Of a stretch of 32,000 bases of DNA, positions 1 through 7,969 are shown one piece after another. The number at the start of each line of letters is the position of its first letter. The stretch's first letter is position 1. The notes below the pieces were generated by a model, which was given only the letters and a program-made list of their open reading frames with translations, did not search any database and was not told where the DNA came from. Source of the DNA: Geobacter sulfurreducens PCA (lineage in GTDB: Bacteria; Desulfobacterota; Desulfuromonadia; Geobacterales; Geobacteraceae); the NCBI RefSeq assembly GCF_000007985.2, contig NC_002939.5, positions 3,150,001 through 3,182,000 on the forward strand. The letters are read 5' to 3'. A program made the position numbers and the translations under genes.

Positions 1-419
1 AGGCTCGCTTCGATGCCGCCGATCACCACCGGCACGTCACGGTAGGCCTCTTTCAGCCGGGAGGTATAGACGATGGTGGCGCGATTGGGCCGGGCGCCGT
101 GACGGTTGCCGGGGGTGTAGGCATCGTCGTGCCGGAGCTTCCTGGCGGGCGTGTAGTGGGCCACCATGGAATCCATGGCACCGGAGGAAACGGCAAAGAA
201 GAGCCGGGGGCGCCCCAGCGCCATGAACGGCTCGCAGGAGCGCCAGTCCGGCTGGGGAATGATCCCGACGCGGAAACCGTGGAACTCGAGCCAGCGCGCC
301 AGGAGCGGCACGCCAAAGGCGGGATGGTCCACGTAGGCGTCGCCGGTGACGAAGACGATGTCCAGCTCGTCCCAGCCGCGCTTCAGGGCTTCGCCGCGGG
401 TGACAGGGAGAAACGACAT
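1..419 (-). CDS. ygiQ: YgiQ-family (UPF0313) radical SAM protein, N-terminal part; the gene continues past the left edge
   Basis: Absent from the ORF track because it has no stop in the window. Reverse-complement reading from the ATG at 419-417 gives [61 protein letters not shown]...[48 protein letters not shown]. From memory this matches the conserved N-terminal domain of E. coli YgiQ ([41 protein letters not shown]). Confidence 0.85.
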   Translation of the reverse strand, partial: MSFLPVTRGEALKRGWDELDIVFVTGDAYVDHPAFGVPLLARWLEFHGFRVGIIPQPDWRSCEPFMALGRPRLFFAVSSGAMDSMVAHYTPARKLRHDDAYTPGNRHGARPNRATIVYTSRLKEAYRDVPVVIGGIEAS

Positions 420-434
420 GGCCGGAAGGCGCCG

Positions 435-1475
435 TCAGGGGACGAGCGCCAGCCCCTCCAGGCCGAGCCCTTCGGGCAGCCCGCACATGATGTTCATATT
501 CTGCACCGCCTGCCCCGAGGCGCCCTTGACCAGGTTGTCGATGGCTGAAACCACGATGACCCTGCCGGTACGCTGATCCACGACCACTCCAATGTCACAG
601 AAGTTAGAGCCGCGCACATGGGCGGTGGACGGCACACCGCCGGCGGGAAGGACCCGCACGAAGGGCTCGCCCCCGTAGAACTCGGCATAGAGCCCGGCTA
701 GCTCGGCGGTAGTGGCGGGAGTGAGCAGCCTGCCGTAGATGGTGGAGAGAATCCCGCGATCCATGGGAGCAAGGTGGGGGGTAAAGGTGATAGTGATCCG
801 CTCATCAGCCAGCAACGACAGCTCCTGCTCCATCTCGGGGGTATGGCGATGGACGCCGCCGACGCCGTAGGCCTTGAACCCCTCGTTGACCTCGCAGTAG
901 AGATTGTCCACCTTGGCCCCACGCCCTGCCCCCGAAACACCGGAGGCCGAATCGGAGATGATGCCCGCCGTTTCGATAAGCTTATGCTTCAGGAGCGGTT
1001 GCAGCCCGAGAATCACGCTTGTGGGATAACAGCCGGGATTGGCCACGAGCTTGGCACCCTTGACGGCAGCCCGGCGCACTTCAGGCAGGCCGTAGACCGC
1101 CTTGGGCAGGAGGTGCGGATTCATGTGGGGCTCGTACCATTGCTCGTATGTGGCGGCATCGTTGAAGCGATAGTCGGCCGACAGGTCGATCACCCGCTTG
1201 CCGAGCTTCAGGAAGGTAGGAACCACTTCCATGGCCGCCTTGTGGGGCAGTGCCGTGAAGATGATGTCCGCTTTCTCCGCCACCCGGATCGGTTCGAGGT
1301 TTTCCAGCACCTGGGCGTAGCGCCCCCGCAGGGACGGAAACAGGTCGGACACGGGCTTGCCGGCGCTCTGCTCCGACGTGATGCAGGTGACCGCCACCTC
1401 CGGGTGACAATGGAGGATGCGCAGAAGTTCGACACCGGTATATCCGCTTGCTCCGACAACGGCTACTTTCAGCAT
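435..1475 (-). CDS. argC: N-acetyl-gamma-glutamyl-phosphate reductase
   Basis: ORF track 435..1565. The conserved N-terminus [21 protein letters not shown] (Rossmann GxSGYxG) starts at the ATG at 1475-1473, preceded by GGAAGGGGAG. The 30 upstream codons look like leader read-through. The active-site region ANPGCYPTS is present, and 346 aa is typical for ArgC. Confidence 0.93.
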   Translation of the reverse strand: MLKVAVVGASGYTGVELLRILHCHPEVAVTCITSEQSAGKPVSDLFPSLRGRYAQVLENLEPIRVAEKADIIFTALPHKAAMEVVPTFLKLGKRVIDLSADYRFNDAATYEQWYEPHMNPHLLPKAVYGLPEVRRAAVKGAKLVANPGCYPTSVILGLQPLLKHKLIETAGIISDSASGVSGAGRGAKVDNLYCEVNEGFKAYGVGGVHRHTPEMEQELSLLADERITITFTPHLAPMDRGILSTIYGRLLTPATTAELAGLYAEFYGGEPFVRVLPAGGVPSTAHVRGSNFCDIGVVVDQRTGRVIVVSAIDNLVKGASGQAVQNMNIMCGLPEGLGLEGLALVP

Positions 1476-1526
1476 GGCACGCTCCCCTTCCTGGAGAAAT
1501 GAACGATGAACCGGAAACCTGAATAC

Positions 1527-1556
1527 GCAAAAGGGGAAAACCCGCAGGTTTTCCCC
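1527..1556 (-). terminator. Rho-independent terminator downstream of rpsI
   Basis: Perfect 10-bp stem GGGGAAAACC (1533-1542) / GGTTTTCCCC (1547-1556) with a 4-nt loop. On the minus strand it is followed by UUUUGCG. Confidence 0.75.
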
Positions 1557-1585
1557 TCTGTCCATCCGAAAACGGCGTAAGCCGA

Positions 1586-1978
1586 TTAACGCTTGGAGAA
1601 CTGGCAGCTTCTGCGAGCGGCCCGCTTGCCGTACTTTTTCCGCTCCTTGATGCGGGAGTCGCGGGTGATGAAGCCGGCCTTCTTCAGGGTGCCACGCAGG
1701 GCAACATCCACTTCCAGCAGGGCCTTGGTTATGCCGTGCTTGATGGCGCCGGCCTGACCGGAGTCACCGCCGCCCCTGACATTGACATAGATGTCGAAGG
1801 CGCCGACCTTCTCAACGAGCTCCAGGGGCTGCTTGACGATCATCTTGGAGGTCTCGCGACCGAAGTACTCGTCGATCGGCTTGTTGTTGATGACGATGGC
1901 GCCCGTGCCCGGCTTGAGCCAGACCCTTGCGACCGACGACTTGCGCTTACCCGTACCGTAGTAGCTGATTCCTGCCAT
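1586..1978 (-). CDS. rpsI: 30S ribosomal protein S9
   Basis: 130 aa: [26 protein letters not shown]...[19 protein letters not shown]...RSCQFSKR. This is the typical S9 sequence and C-terminus, immediately downstream of rplM as in the conserved rplM-rpsI operon. Confidence 0.97.
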   Translation of the reverse strand: MAGISYYGTGKRKSSVARVWLKPGTGAIVINNKPIDEYFGRETSKMIVKQPLELVEKVGAFDIYVNVRGGGDSGQAGAIKHGITKALLEVDVALRGTLKKAGFITRDSRIKERKKYGKRAARRSCQFSKR

Positions 1979-2011
1979 TCGTAATCTCCTGATGGTTCGT
2001 TCGTAATCCGA

Positions 2012-2443
2012 TTAAATGTCGAGGGTCTTGGGCTGCTGGGCCTCGTGCGGATGCTCGGGGCCGGCATAGACCTTGAGTTTCTTGAGCATGTGGCGGGCAA
2101 GCTTGTTCTTGGGGAGCATCCCCTTGACCGCCTTGCGGATCAGGTCCTCGGGCTTCTTCTCGATGAGCTTGCCGGCAGTGATGGACTTGATGCCGCCGGG
2201 GAAGCCGGTGTGATGATAGTACATCTTATCTGCCAGCTTGTTGCCGGTAAGCTGAAGCTTCGCGGCGTTGACAACGACGACGAAGTCGCCCGTATCGACG
2301 CTAGGCGTGTAGATCGGCTTTTTCTTGCCGCGCAGGATGTTGGCGATCTCGGTGGCCATGCGACCAAGCACCTTGTTATCGGCATCAACCAGGTACCAAT
2401 CCCTGGTCACTTCTTCTTTCTTTGCAACCTTCGTCGTTTTCAT
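2012..2443 (-). CDS. rplM: 50S ribosomal protein L13
   Basis: 143 aa: [48 protein letters not shown]...[10 protein letters not shown]. Canonical L13 motifs. Confidence 0.97.
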   Translation of the reverse strand: MKTTKVAKKEEVTRDWYLVDADNKVLGRMATEIANILRGKKKPIYTPSVDTGDFVVVVNAAKLQLTGNKLADKMYYHHTGFPGGIKSITAGKLIEKKPEDLIRKAVKGMLPKNKLARHMLKKLKVYAGPEHPHEAQQPKTLDI

Positions 2444-2504
2444 CGAACCCTCACAGCATGGATGGAATGAATGTGTAAACCGAGCTTTTCTCAGCGAAGG
2501 ACGG

Positions 2505-2533
2505 ATGGTACTATGGGCTCAACACGCTGTCAA
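2505..2533 (-). promoter_or_regulatory. Candidate sigma70 promoter for rplM-rpsI
   Basis: Minus strand: -35 TTGACA (2533-2528), 17-nt spacer, -10 TACCAT (2510-2505), about 60 nt upstream of the rplM ATG. Confidence 0.4.
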
Positions 2534-2547
2534 GCAAAAACTTTTCC

Positions 2548-3282
2548 TCAGAAACGGACCTTTTGGAGACAGAGTCCCTGGGGAGGAGCGGTGGGACCGG
2601 CCGGAACGACGCCCGGGCAGACAACCATCTGCGCCACGTGCTCCGGCGTCAGCTTCCCCCGCCCCACCTCCACCAGCGTGCCCACCATGATCCGGACCAT
2701 GTTGCGCAGAAAGCCCGAGCCATGGACATCCACCGTAAGCATCTCCCCGTCGTCACTGATCTCCACGGCATCCACCCGGCGAATGGTGGTCCGTGCGGCA
2801 CAGCCGGCAGTGCGGAAGGAGGCGAAATCCCGCTCACCTGTCAGGTGACGGGCCGCTTCGCGCATGGCGGCGAGGTTGAGCGCCCCCCGCACGTGCCATG
2901 ACTGGAGGCGGACCAAGGGGGAGCGGCGCTCTCCCCGATGGATGGTGTACCGATAATGCTTGCCGGTGGCCGCAAACCGCGGGTTGAAGCCCGGCAGGGC
3001 CTCATCGGCGCTTCGCACGGCGATGTCCGGCGGAAGCAGGGCATTGAGACCATCCGAAAACGCGCGCAGGGGAATCGACCGGTCCGTGTCAAAGGCAGCC
3101 ACCATCCCCCGGGCATGGACCCCGGCATCGGTGCGTCCCGATGCACGCAACCGCACGGGCTCCTTGAGCAGGCGCGCCAAGGCGCCCTCCACCACCTCCT
3201 GAATGGAAAGACCGTTGGGCTGCAGCTGCCAGCCGGCATAGTTGGTGCCGTCATATTCGAGTATGAGTTTGATGGTCCGCAT
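2548..3282 (-). CDS. truA: tRNA pseudouridine(38-40) synthase TruA
   Basis: 244 aa: MRTIKLILEYDGTNYAGWQLQPN...SGRTDAGVHARGMV (catalytic Asp motif)...FLRNMVRIMVGTL. Typical TruA. Confidence 0.93.
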   Translation of the reverse strand: MRTIKLILEYDGTNYAGWQLQPNGLSIQEVVEGALARLLKEPVRLRASGRTDAGVHARGMVAAFDTDRSIPLRAFSDGLNALLPPDIAVRSADEALPGFNPRFAATGKHYRYTIHRGERRSPLVRLQSWHVRGALNLAAMREAARHLTGERDFASFRTAGCAARTTIRRVDAVEISDDGEMLTVDVHGSGFLRNMVRIMVGTLVEVGRGKLTPEHVAQMVVCPGVVPAGPTAPPQGLCLQKVRF

Positions 3283-3293
3283 GGAAACGTGAA

Positions 3294-3315
3294 GACGCCC
3301 CGCTGGCGGGGCGTC
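3294..3315 (-). other. GC-rich hairpin between asd and truA (possible weak terminator or attenuator)
   Basis: GACGCCCCGC / GCGGGGCGTC inverted repeat. The minus-strand downstream sequence is UUCACGUUUCC, which is only a poor U-tract. Confidence 0.3.
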
Positions 3316-3351
3316 CTGGTACTGCGTGACGGTACGTTCGCGGCTGAGCCG

Positions 3352-4455
3352 CTACTTTTCCACCAGGATGCGGAGCATCCGGCGCAGGGGCTCTGCGGCA
3401 CCCCAGAGGAGCTGGTCGCCGCAGGTGAAGGCCTGCACGAACTGGGGCCCCATCTTCATCTTACGCACGCGGCCCACGGGAACCGTGAGGAGCCCGGAAA
3501 CCGCTGCCGGCGTGAGCTGGGCAAGGGTATCGGCCTTGGTGTTGGGGACCAGCTTTGCCCACGCATTGTCGTTGGCGATGATCTGCTCGATGTCGGCCAG
3601 CGGCAGGTCCTTGTTCAGCTTGATGGTGATCGCCTGACTGTGGCAGCGCATGGCGCCGACGCGGACGCAGATGCCATCGACCGGGATCGGGGTGGAGGTA
3701 CCGAGGATCTTGTTGGTCTCGGCAAACCCTTTCCACTCTTCGCGGCTCTGGCCGTCCTCAACCTCGCGGTCGATCCAGGGGAGCACGTTGCCGGCCAACG
3801 GGAAGCCGCCGAATTCCTTCATCGGCATGGACCCGTCGCGCAGGGTAGCGGTCACCTTCTTGTCGATCTCCAGGATCGCCGACCCCGGATTCTTCAGCTC
3901 CTCGGCAACTACTCCCTGTAGCACACCCATCTGGGAGAGGAGCTCGCGCATATTGGGAGCGCCGGCGCCGGAAGCGGCCTGATAGGTCATGGACGACATC
4001 CACTCCACCAGACCGGCGCGGAACAGACCGCCCAGTCCCATGAGCATGAGGCTGACGGTGCAGTTGCCGCCGATGAAGTCCTTCTGCCCCTTGGCCAGGG
4101 CCGCGTCGATGACGTTGCGGTTGATCGGGTCGAGGATGATGACCGCATCGGGCTCCATCCGGAGGGTTGAGGCCGCATCGATCCAGTAACCCTGCCATCC
4201 CTGCTTGCGGAGTTCAGGATGAACCGCCTTGGTGTAGTCGCCCCCCTGGCAGGTGATGATGATGTCGAGCTTCTTCAGCTCTGCGATGTCATCGGCGCTC
4301 TTGAGCGTTCCCGCGTTCATGGGGGCGGGCTGGCCCGCCTGGGAGGTGGAGAAGAAGACCGGCTCGATGCCGATGCCAAAATCACCTTCCTCCACCATCC
4401 GCTGGAGGAGGACCGAACCGACCATACCGCGCCAACCGACGATTCCGACTTTCAT
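3352..4455 (-). CDS. asd: Aspartate-semialdehyde dehydrogenase
   Basis: 367 aa: [26 protein letters not shown]...[17 protein letters not shown]...QAASGAGA...SREEWKG..ETNKIL...[12 protein letters not shown]...[16 protein letters not shown]. Collinear with E. coli-type Asd as I remember it. Confidence 0.95.
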   Translation of the reverse strand: MKVGIVGWRGMVGSVLLQRMVEEGDFGIGIEPVFFSTSQAGQPAPMNAGTLKSADDIAELKKLDIIITCQGGDYTKAVHPELRKQGWQGYWIDAASTLRMEPDAVIILDPINRNVIDAALAKGQKDFIGGNCTVSLMLMGLGGLFRAGLVEWMSSMTYQAASGAGAPNMRELLSQMGVLQGVVAEELKNPGSAILEIDKKVTATLRDGSMPMKEFGGFPLAGNVLPWIDREVEDGQSREEWKGFAETNKILGTSTPIPVDGICVRVGAMRCHSQAITIKLNKDLPLADIEQIIANDNAWAKLVPNTKADTLAQLTPAAVSGLLTVPVGRVRKMKMGPQFVQAFTCGDQLLWGAAEPLRRMLRILVEK

Positions 4456-4496
4456 AGGCAGAACTCCTTTTTCGGGAATGAATTTTGGTTGAGCCG

Positions 4497-5585
4497 TTAC
4501 AGGGCTGCGATGATCGCGTCGCCCATCTCCTTGGTGTTGACGAGTTTCTCGCCGTCTTTCTGCTGGTAGATGTCGCGGGTCCGGAAGCCCTGGTCAAGCA
4601 CCGTTGCCACCGCGTTGTCGATGGCGTCGGCCGCGTCGACCATGCCGAAGGAGAACTTGAGCATCATCCCCATGGAGAGGATCTGGGCGATGGGGTTGGC
4701 GATCCCCTGGCCAGCTATGTCAGGGGCGCTGCCGCCGGAGGGCTCGTACATGCCGAAGGTCCCCTCGGCCAGGGACGCGGAAGGCAGCATCCCGAGGGAG
4801 CCGGTCAGCATGGCCGCCTCGTCCGAGAGGATGTCGCCGAACATGTTCTCGCACAGGATCACGTCGAACTGCTTGGGCCAGCGGACCAGTTGCATGGCGG
4901 CGTTGTCCACGTACATGTGGGAGAGTTCCACGTCCGGGTATTCCTTGGCAATGCCGGTGACCACCTCGCGCCAGAGAACCGACGAGGAGAGGACGTTGGC
5001 CTTGTCGATGGAGCAGACCTTCTTGCCCCGCTTGCGGGCAGCCTGGAAGGCCACATGGGTTATCCGCTCGATCTCGGGCACGCTGTAGCGCATGGTGTCG
5101 AAGCCGACCCGGTCGCGCCCTTCGCCTTCGATCCCCTTGGGCTGGGCAAAGTAGATGCCGCCGGTGAGCTCCCGGATGACCAGCACGTTGAAGCCCCCGG
5201 CTATTACCTCTTCCTTGAGGGAGGAGGCGCCGGTGAGGGACGGGAAAATGATGGCCGGCCGCAGGTTGGCGTAGAGACCGAAGATCTTCCGCAGCGGCAG
5301 GAGCGCGCCCCGCTCGGGCTGCTCGTCCGGAGGGAGCGACTCCCACTTGGGTCCGCCCACGGAGCCGAAGAGGATGGCGTCGGCAGCCTTGCAGATGTTC
5401 ACGGTGGTTTCGGGGAGAGCTTTCCCCTCGATATCAATGCCGGCGCCACCCACGTTGGCGTGGGTCCGCTCGAACTTCACGTCGTATTTTGCCTCCACGG
5501 CATCCAGCACCCGGAGCGCCTCGGCCATCACCTCGGGACCGATGCCGTCGCCGGGAAGAACCGCCACCTTGAACACCTGAGCCAT
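4497..5585 (-). CDS. leuB: 3-isopropylmalate dehydrogenase
   Basis: 362 aa: [13 protein letters not shown]...NLRP...[10 protein letters not shown]-like ([15 protein letters not shown])...[26 protein letters not shown]...[18 protein letters not shown]. Canonical LeuB motifs. Confidence 0.95.
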   Translation of the reverse strand: MAQVFKVAVLPGDGIGPEVMAEALRVLDAVEAKYDVKFERTHANVGGAGIDIEGKALPETTVNICKAADAILFGSVGGPKWESLPPDEQPERGALLPLRKIFGLYANLRPAIIFPSLTGASSLKEEVIAGGFNVLVIRELTGGIYFAQPKGIEGEGRDRVGFDTMRYSVPEIERITHVAFQAARKRGKKVCSIDKANVLSSSVLWREVVTGIAKEYPDVELSHMYVDNAAMQLVRWPKQFDVILCENMFGDILSDEAAMLTGSLGMLPSASLAEGTFGMYEPSGGSAPDIAGQGIANPIAQILSMGMMLKFSFGMVDAADAIDNAVATVLDQGFRTRDIYQQKDGEKLVNTKEMGDAIIAAL

Positions 5586-5625
5586 CCGAACCCCCTTCTT
5601 GCAGTAAAAATTCCAAAAGTTCTCA

Positions 5626-5655
5626 ATTCTATTGGTGAATACAAATGGTTGTCAA
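5626..5655 (-). promoter_or_regulatory. Candidate sigma70 promoter for the leuB-asd-truA block
   Basis: Minus strand: -35 TTGACA (5655-5650), 18-nt spacer, -10 TAGAAT (5631-5626), about 40 nt upstream of the leuB ATG in an AT-rich gap. Confidence 0.5.
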
Positions 5656-5691
5656 CAAAAATCCGGAAATCCGAAAAGGGGCCCGACACCG

Positions 5692-6525
5692 CTACCGGAA
5701 GTATTCCATGTGGATCGAGGTATCCATGTGCGACGTGTAGAAGAGCGCCACCAGGGAGAAAATGAAACAGACCACGTAAAACAAGGCGGCCCGCTCGCCG
5801 CTCCAGCGGAAGAAGCGGCGGAGGTGGAGGTGGATGCCGAAGAGGATCCAGGTAATGAGGGACCAGTTTTCCACCGGGTCCCACCCCCAGAACCGTCCCC
5901 ACGATTTGTAGGCCCAGATGCTGCCGGCCAGCATGGCGATGGCCCAGATGATGAAGCCGAAGCCGGCGAAGCGGTAGGCGTGGAGATCCAGGCTCTCCAG
6001 GTCCGGGAGCCGCTGGAGCCAGGCAAAGGGGGTACGCTTTTTAAGGACAAGAAAGATGGAGCAGGCCAGTGCGATGAGGATGGTGCCGAGGGCGATCTTG
6101 TAGAAGGCAATGTGGATCACGAGCCAGATGCCGCTGAAGGTGGGGGGAAGCGTGCGGATCTGGACATCGAAGAAAAGACCCAGGGCGATCATCAGGAAGA
6201 CGGACGGGAAGACCACGATACTGGCCGGACGGACCCGTGGATAGAGGCGCTGGAAGCACATGAAAACCGTGAGGGCGATCCAGGCGTCGGAGGAGAGGAC
6301 CTCATTGCGGGAGAGGTAGGGACCGTGCCCCGTCACCCACCACCAATAGGCGATGACAACGCTATGGATCATCCACCCGACGGAGATCAGGCGATAGCTC
6401 CACCGCTCGGCCGGCTCGCTCCTGAAGAGCAGGCCGTAGACATTGACGACGGTGGCGATAACGTAGATGACGACGGCGGCCCAGTGGGCCCCCACGTAGG
6501 CGGCGAATGAAGGTGTCGGTGTCAT
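5692..6525 (-). CDS. ccsA: Cytochrome c biogenesis protein CcsA/ResC (System II haem-handling subunit), copy 1
   Basis: 277 aa polytopic membrane protein with the Trp-rich WWD-type motif WGRFWGWDPVENW and conserved His (GHGPY, IHLHLRR). Its ATG overlaps the resB stop (TGATG). Confidence 0.9.
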   Translation of the reverse strand: MTPTPSFAAYVGAHWAAVVIYVIATVVNVYGLLFRSEPAERWSYRLISVGWMIHSVVIAYWWWVTGHGPYLSRNEVLSSDAWIALTVFMCFQRLYPRVRPASIVVFPSVFLMIALGLFFDVQIRTLPPTFSGIWLVIHIAFYKIALGTILIALACSIFLVLKKRTPFAWLQRLPDLESLDLHAYRFAGFGFIIWAIAMLAGSIWAYKSWGRFWGWDPVENWSLITWILFGIHLHLRRFFRWSGERAALFYVVCFIFSLVALFYTSHMDTSIHMEYFR

Positions 6526-7832
6526 CAGAACTGCCCCTTTCCTTCCAGTTCCCTGAGCAGGGCCTCGCCTTCATCCCGGTAGAAATCGCCGAACCGGGTC
6601 GTCCGCCAGGCAACGCGCCAGCCGGGTGCTCTCGGGGTGGCCGCCAGTTCACGGGGCGGGGTGCAGAAGGTCAGGGCCGCCCCCAGGATAATGAGAAAGA
6701 ACCCCAGGAACACGCCGGACATGCCGGTGAGTTTCACGAAGATGATGGTGGTCCAGCGCTGCACGCCGGCAAGTCGCACCCGGTACTCGCCGAGGGTGCC
6801 GGTGGCCCCCGGCGTAAGGGAGACCCGCCCCGTTTCCCGCTCGTCGTCCATCATCCGAAGGACAAGAAGGGGACGCTCGCTGTCGATTCTCTTACTCTCC
6901 GCATCCACATAGTATTTTGCCTGGAGCTTGAGGGGGTTCCAGGGGAAGCGGAAATCGTTGTAACCGGCCTCCGCCAGGCTCTCCGGATGATTGATGGGGA
7001 GACGGAAGATCTCGCTGCGGCCGGCTGGATCGGTGAACTCTACGCTGAAGGCGTCCCCCGCGTCGGTGGACTGATACACCACGATTCCCCGCCGATTCAC
7101 CATGGCGTTCACTTCCACGGTCGCACGATGTTCGGGCGCGCCGGGAGGAAGAAAGCTCAGATCCGATGCGATCTGCCTCACCTTGTTATTGGGACGGAAG
7201 GTGAGGCGCACCCGATCGAGGCGGACCGGCTCCGGCAGCTCGAGCCTTCCGGCCAGGAGCCCCCTCTCCTCAACGCTCCAGGGATCGGTCGGGTAGAACA
7301 CCTCCCCCTCGAACATGGCGAGGGAACCTCGCTGCTGAGTGAGGGCGATGAGGAGCGAGGCGGCGATGACCGCCACCATGCCGCCGTGGAGAAAGGCATT
7401 GCCCCAGTGTCCCCAGGGGTGCTTGACGAAGCGGAGCGTCTCGCCCGACGCGACGGGCAGATAGCCACGGCGCCTGAGCCGGGCCGTCAGTTCTTCCCGC
7501 CCGAATTGAACCGTTCTCCCCTCATCAACGGGAGGCGCCGGGGCAAAGGTCTTCCGCCAGGCGGACCGGCACTGCTCCGCGGTGGAGAGGGTCAGGGAAA
7601 CGAGGGCAAGCAGGAGGATGCCCGCGAACCACGGGGTGGTGAAGACATGATGAAGCCCCAGGACCCCGGCCAGGGGGACCAGAGACGGATATGCCCGATG
7701 CCAGGTCACCATCTGATCGGGAGTGGCGAGGAATGCCTGGGGCACCAGGGACGCCGCCACGACGGCCGCCAACAGGAGCGCAATCAGGGTGATGACTGTT
7801 GTCCGTGAAAGAAAGAATCGCCTGATATCCAT
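6525..7832 (-). CDS. resB: Cytochrome c biogenesis protein ResB/CcsB, copy 1
   Basis: 435 aa. It has an N-terminal TM segment (FFLSRTTVITLIALLLAAVVAASLVPQ), a second TM, a large soluble middle part with HPWGHWGNAFLHGGMVAVI, and a C-terminal TM. This is the typical ResB layout, and the gene is translationally coupled to ccsA. Confidence 0.85.
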   Translation of the reverse strand: MDIRRFFLSRTTVITLIALLLAAVVAASLVPQAFLATPDQMVTWHRAYPSLVPLAGVLGLHHVFTTPWFAGILLLALVSLTLSTAEQCRSAWRKTFAPAPPVDEGRTVQFGREELTARLRRRGYLPVASGETLRFVKHPWGHWGNAFLHGGMVAVIAASLLIALTQQRGSLAMFEGEVFYPTDPWSVEERGLLAGRLELPEPVRLDRVRLTFRPNNKVRQIASDLSFLPPGAPEHRATVEVNAMVNRRGIVVYQSTDAGDAFSVEFTDPAGRSEIFRLPINHPESLAEAGYNDFRFPWNPLKLQAKYYVDAESKRIDSERPLLVLRMMDDERETGRVSLTPGATGTLGEYRVRLAGVQRWTTIIFVKLTGMSGVFLGFFLIILGAALTFCTPPRELAATPRAPGWRVAWRTTRFGDFYRDEGEALLRELEGKGQF

Positions 7833-7908
7833 GAAGATCGGGGTGATCCGGGATGATTGATGAGTGCCGTCGCTTCAGCTTACCGCCGTTGGCCGTCCGT
7901 CGCAAGGC

Positions 7909-7953
7909 GGTTTCGCGGGGAGGACTGCCTGACTCGGTCCTCCCCGCGAAACC
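7909..7953 (-). other. Perfect 17-bp intercistronic stem-loop (no U-tract)
   Basis: GGTTTCGCGGGGAGGAC (7909-7925) / GTCCTCCCCGCGAAACC (7937-7953) with an 11-nt loop, lying between the cytochrome stop (7970) and the resB start (7832). Confidence 0.6.
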
Positions 7954-7969
7954 ACGCTCCAACGCATTG

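Noticed and set aside
1476-1565. N-terminal extension of argC ([17 protein letters not shown]...).
   Set aside because: It overlaps the rpsI terminator hairpin. The conserved ArgC Rossmann N-terminus, with an SD, begins at 1475.
5586-5625. Possible terminator after ccsA copy 1 (the GGGCCCC / UUUUCGGAUUUCCGGAUUUUU region, 5656-5691, and the adjacent sequence).
   Set aside because: I could not fold a convincing stem; only 4-bp pairings with 2-nt loops form. The U-runs alone are not sufficient.
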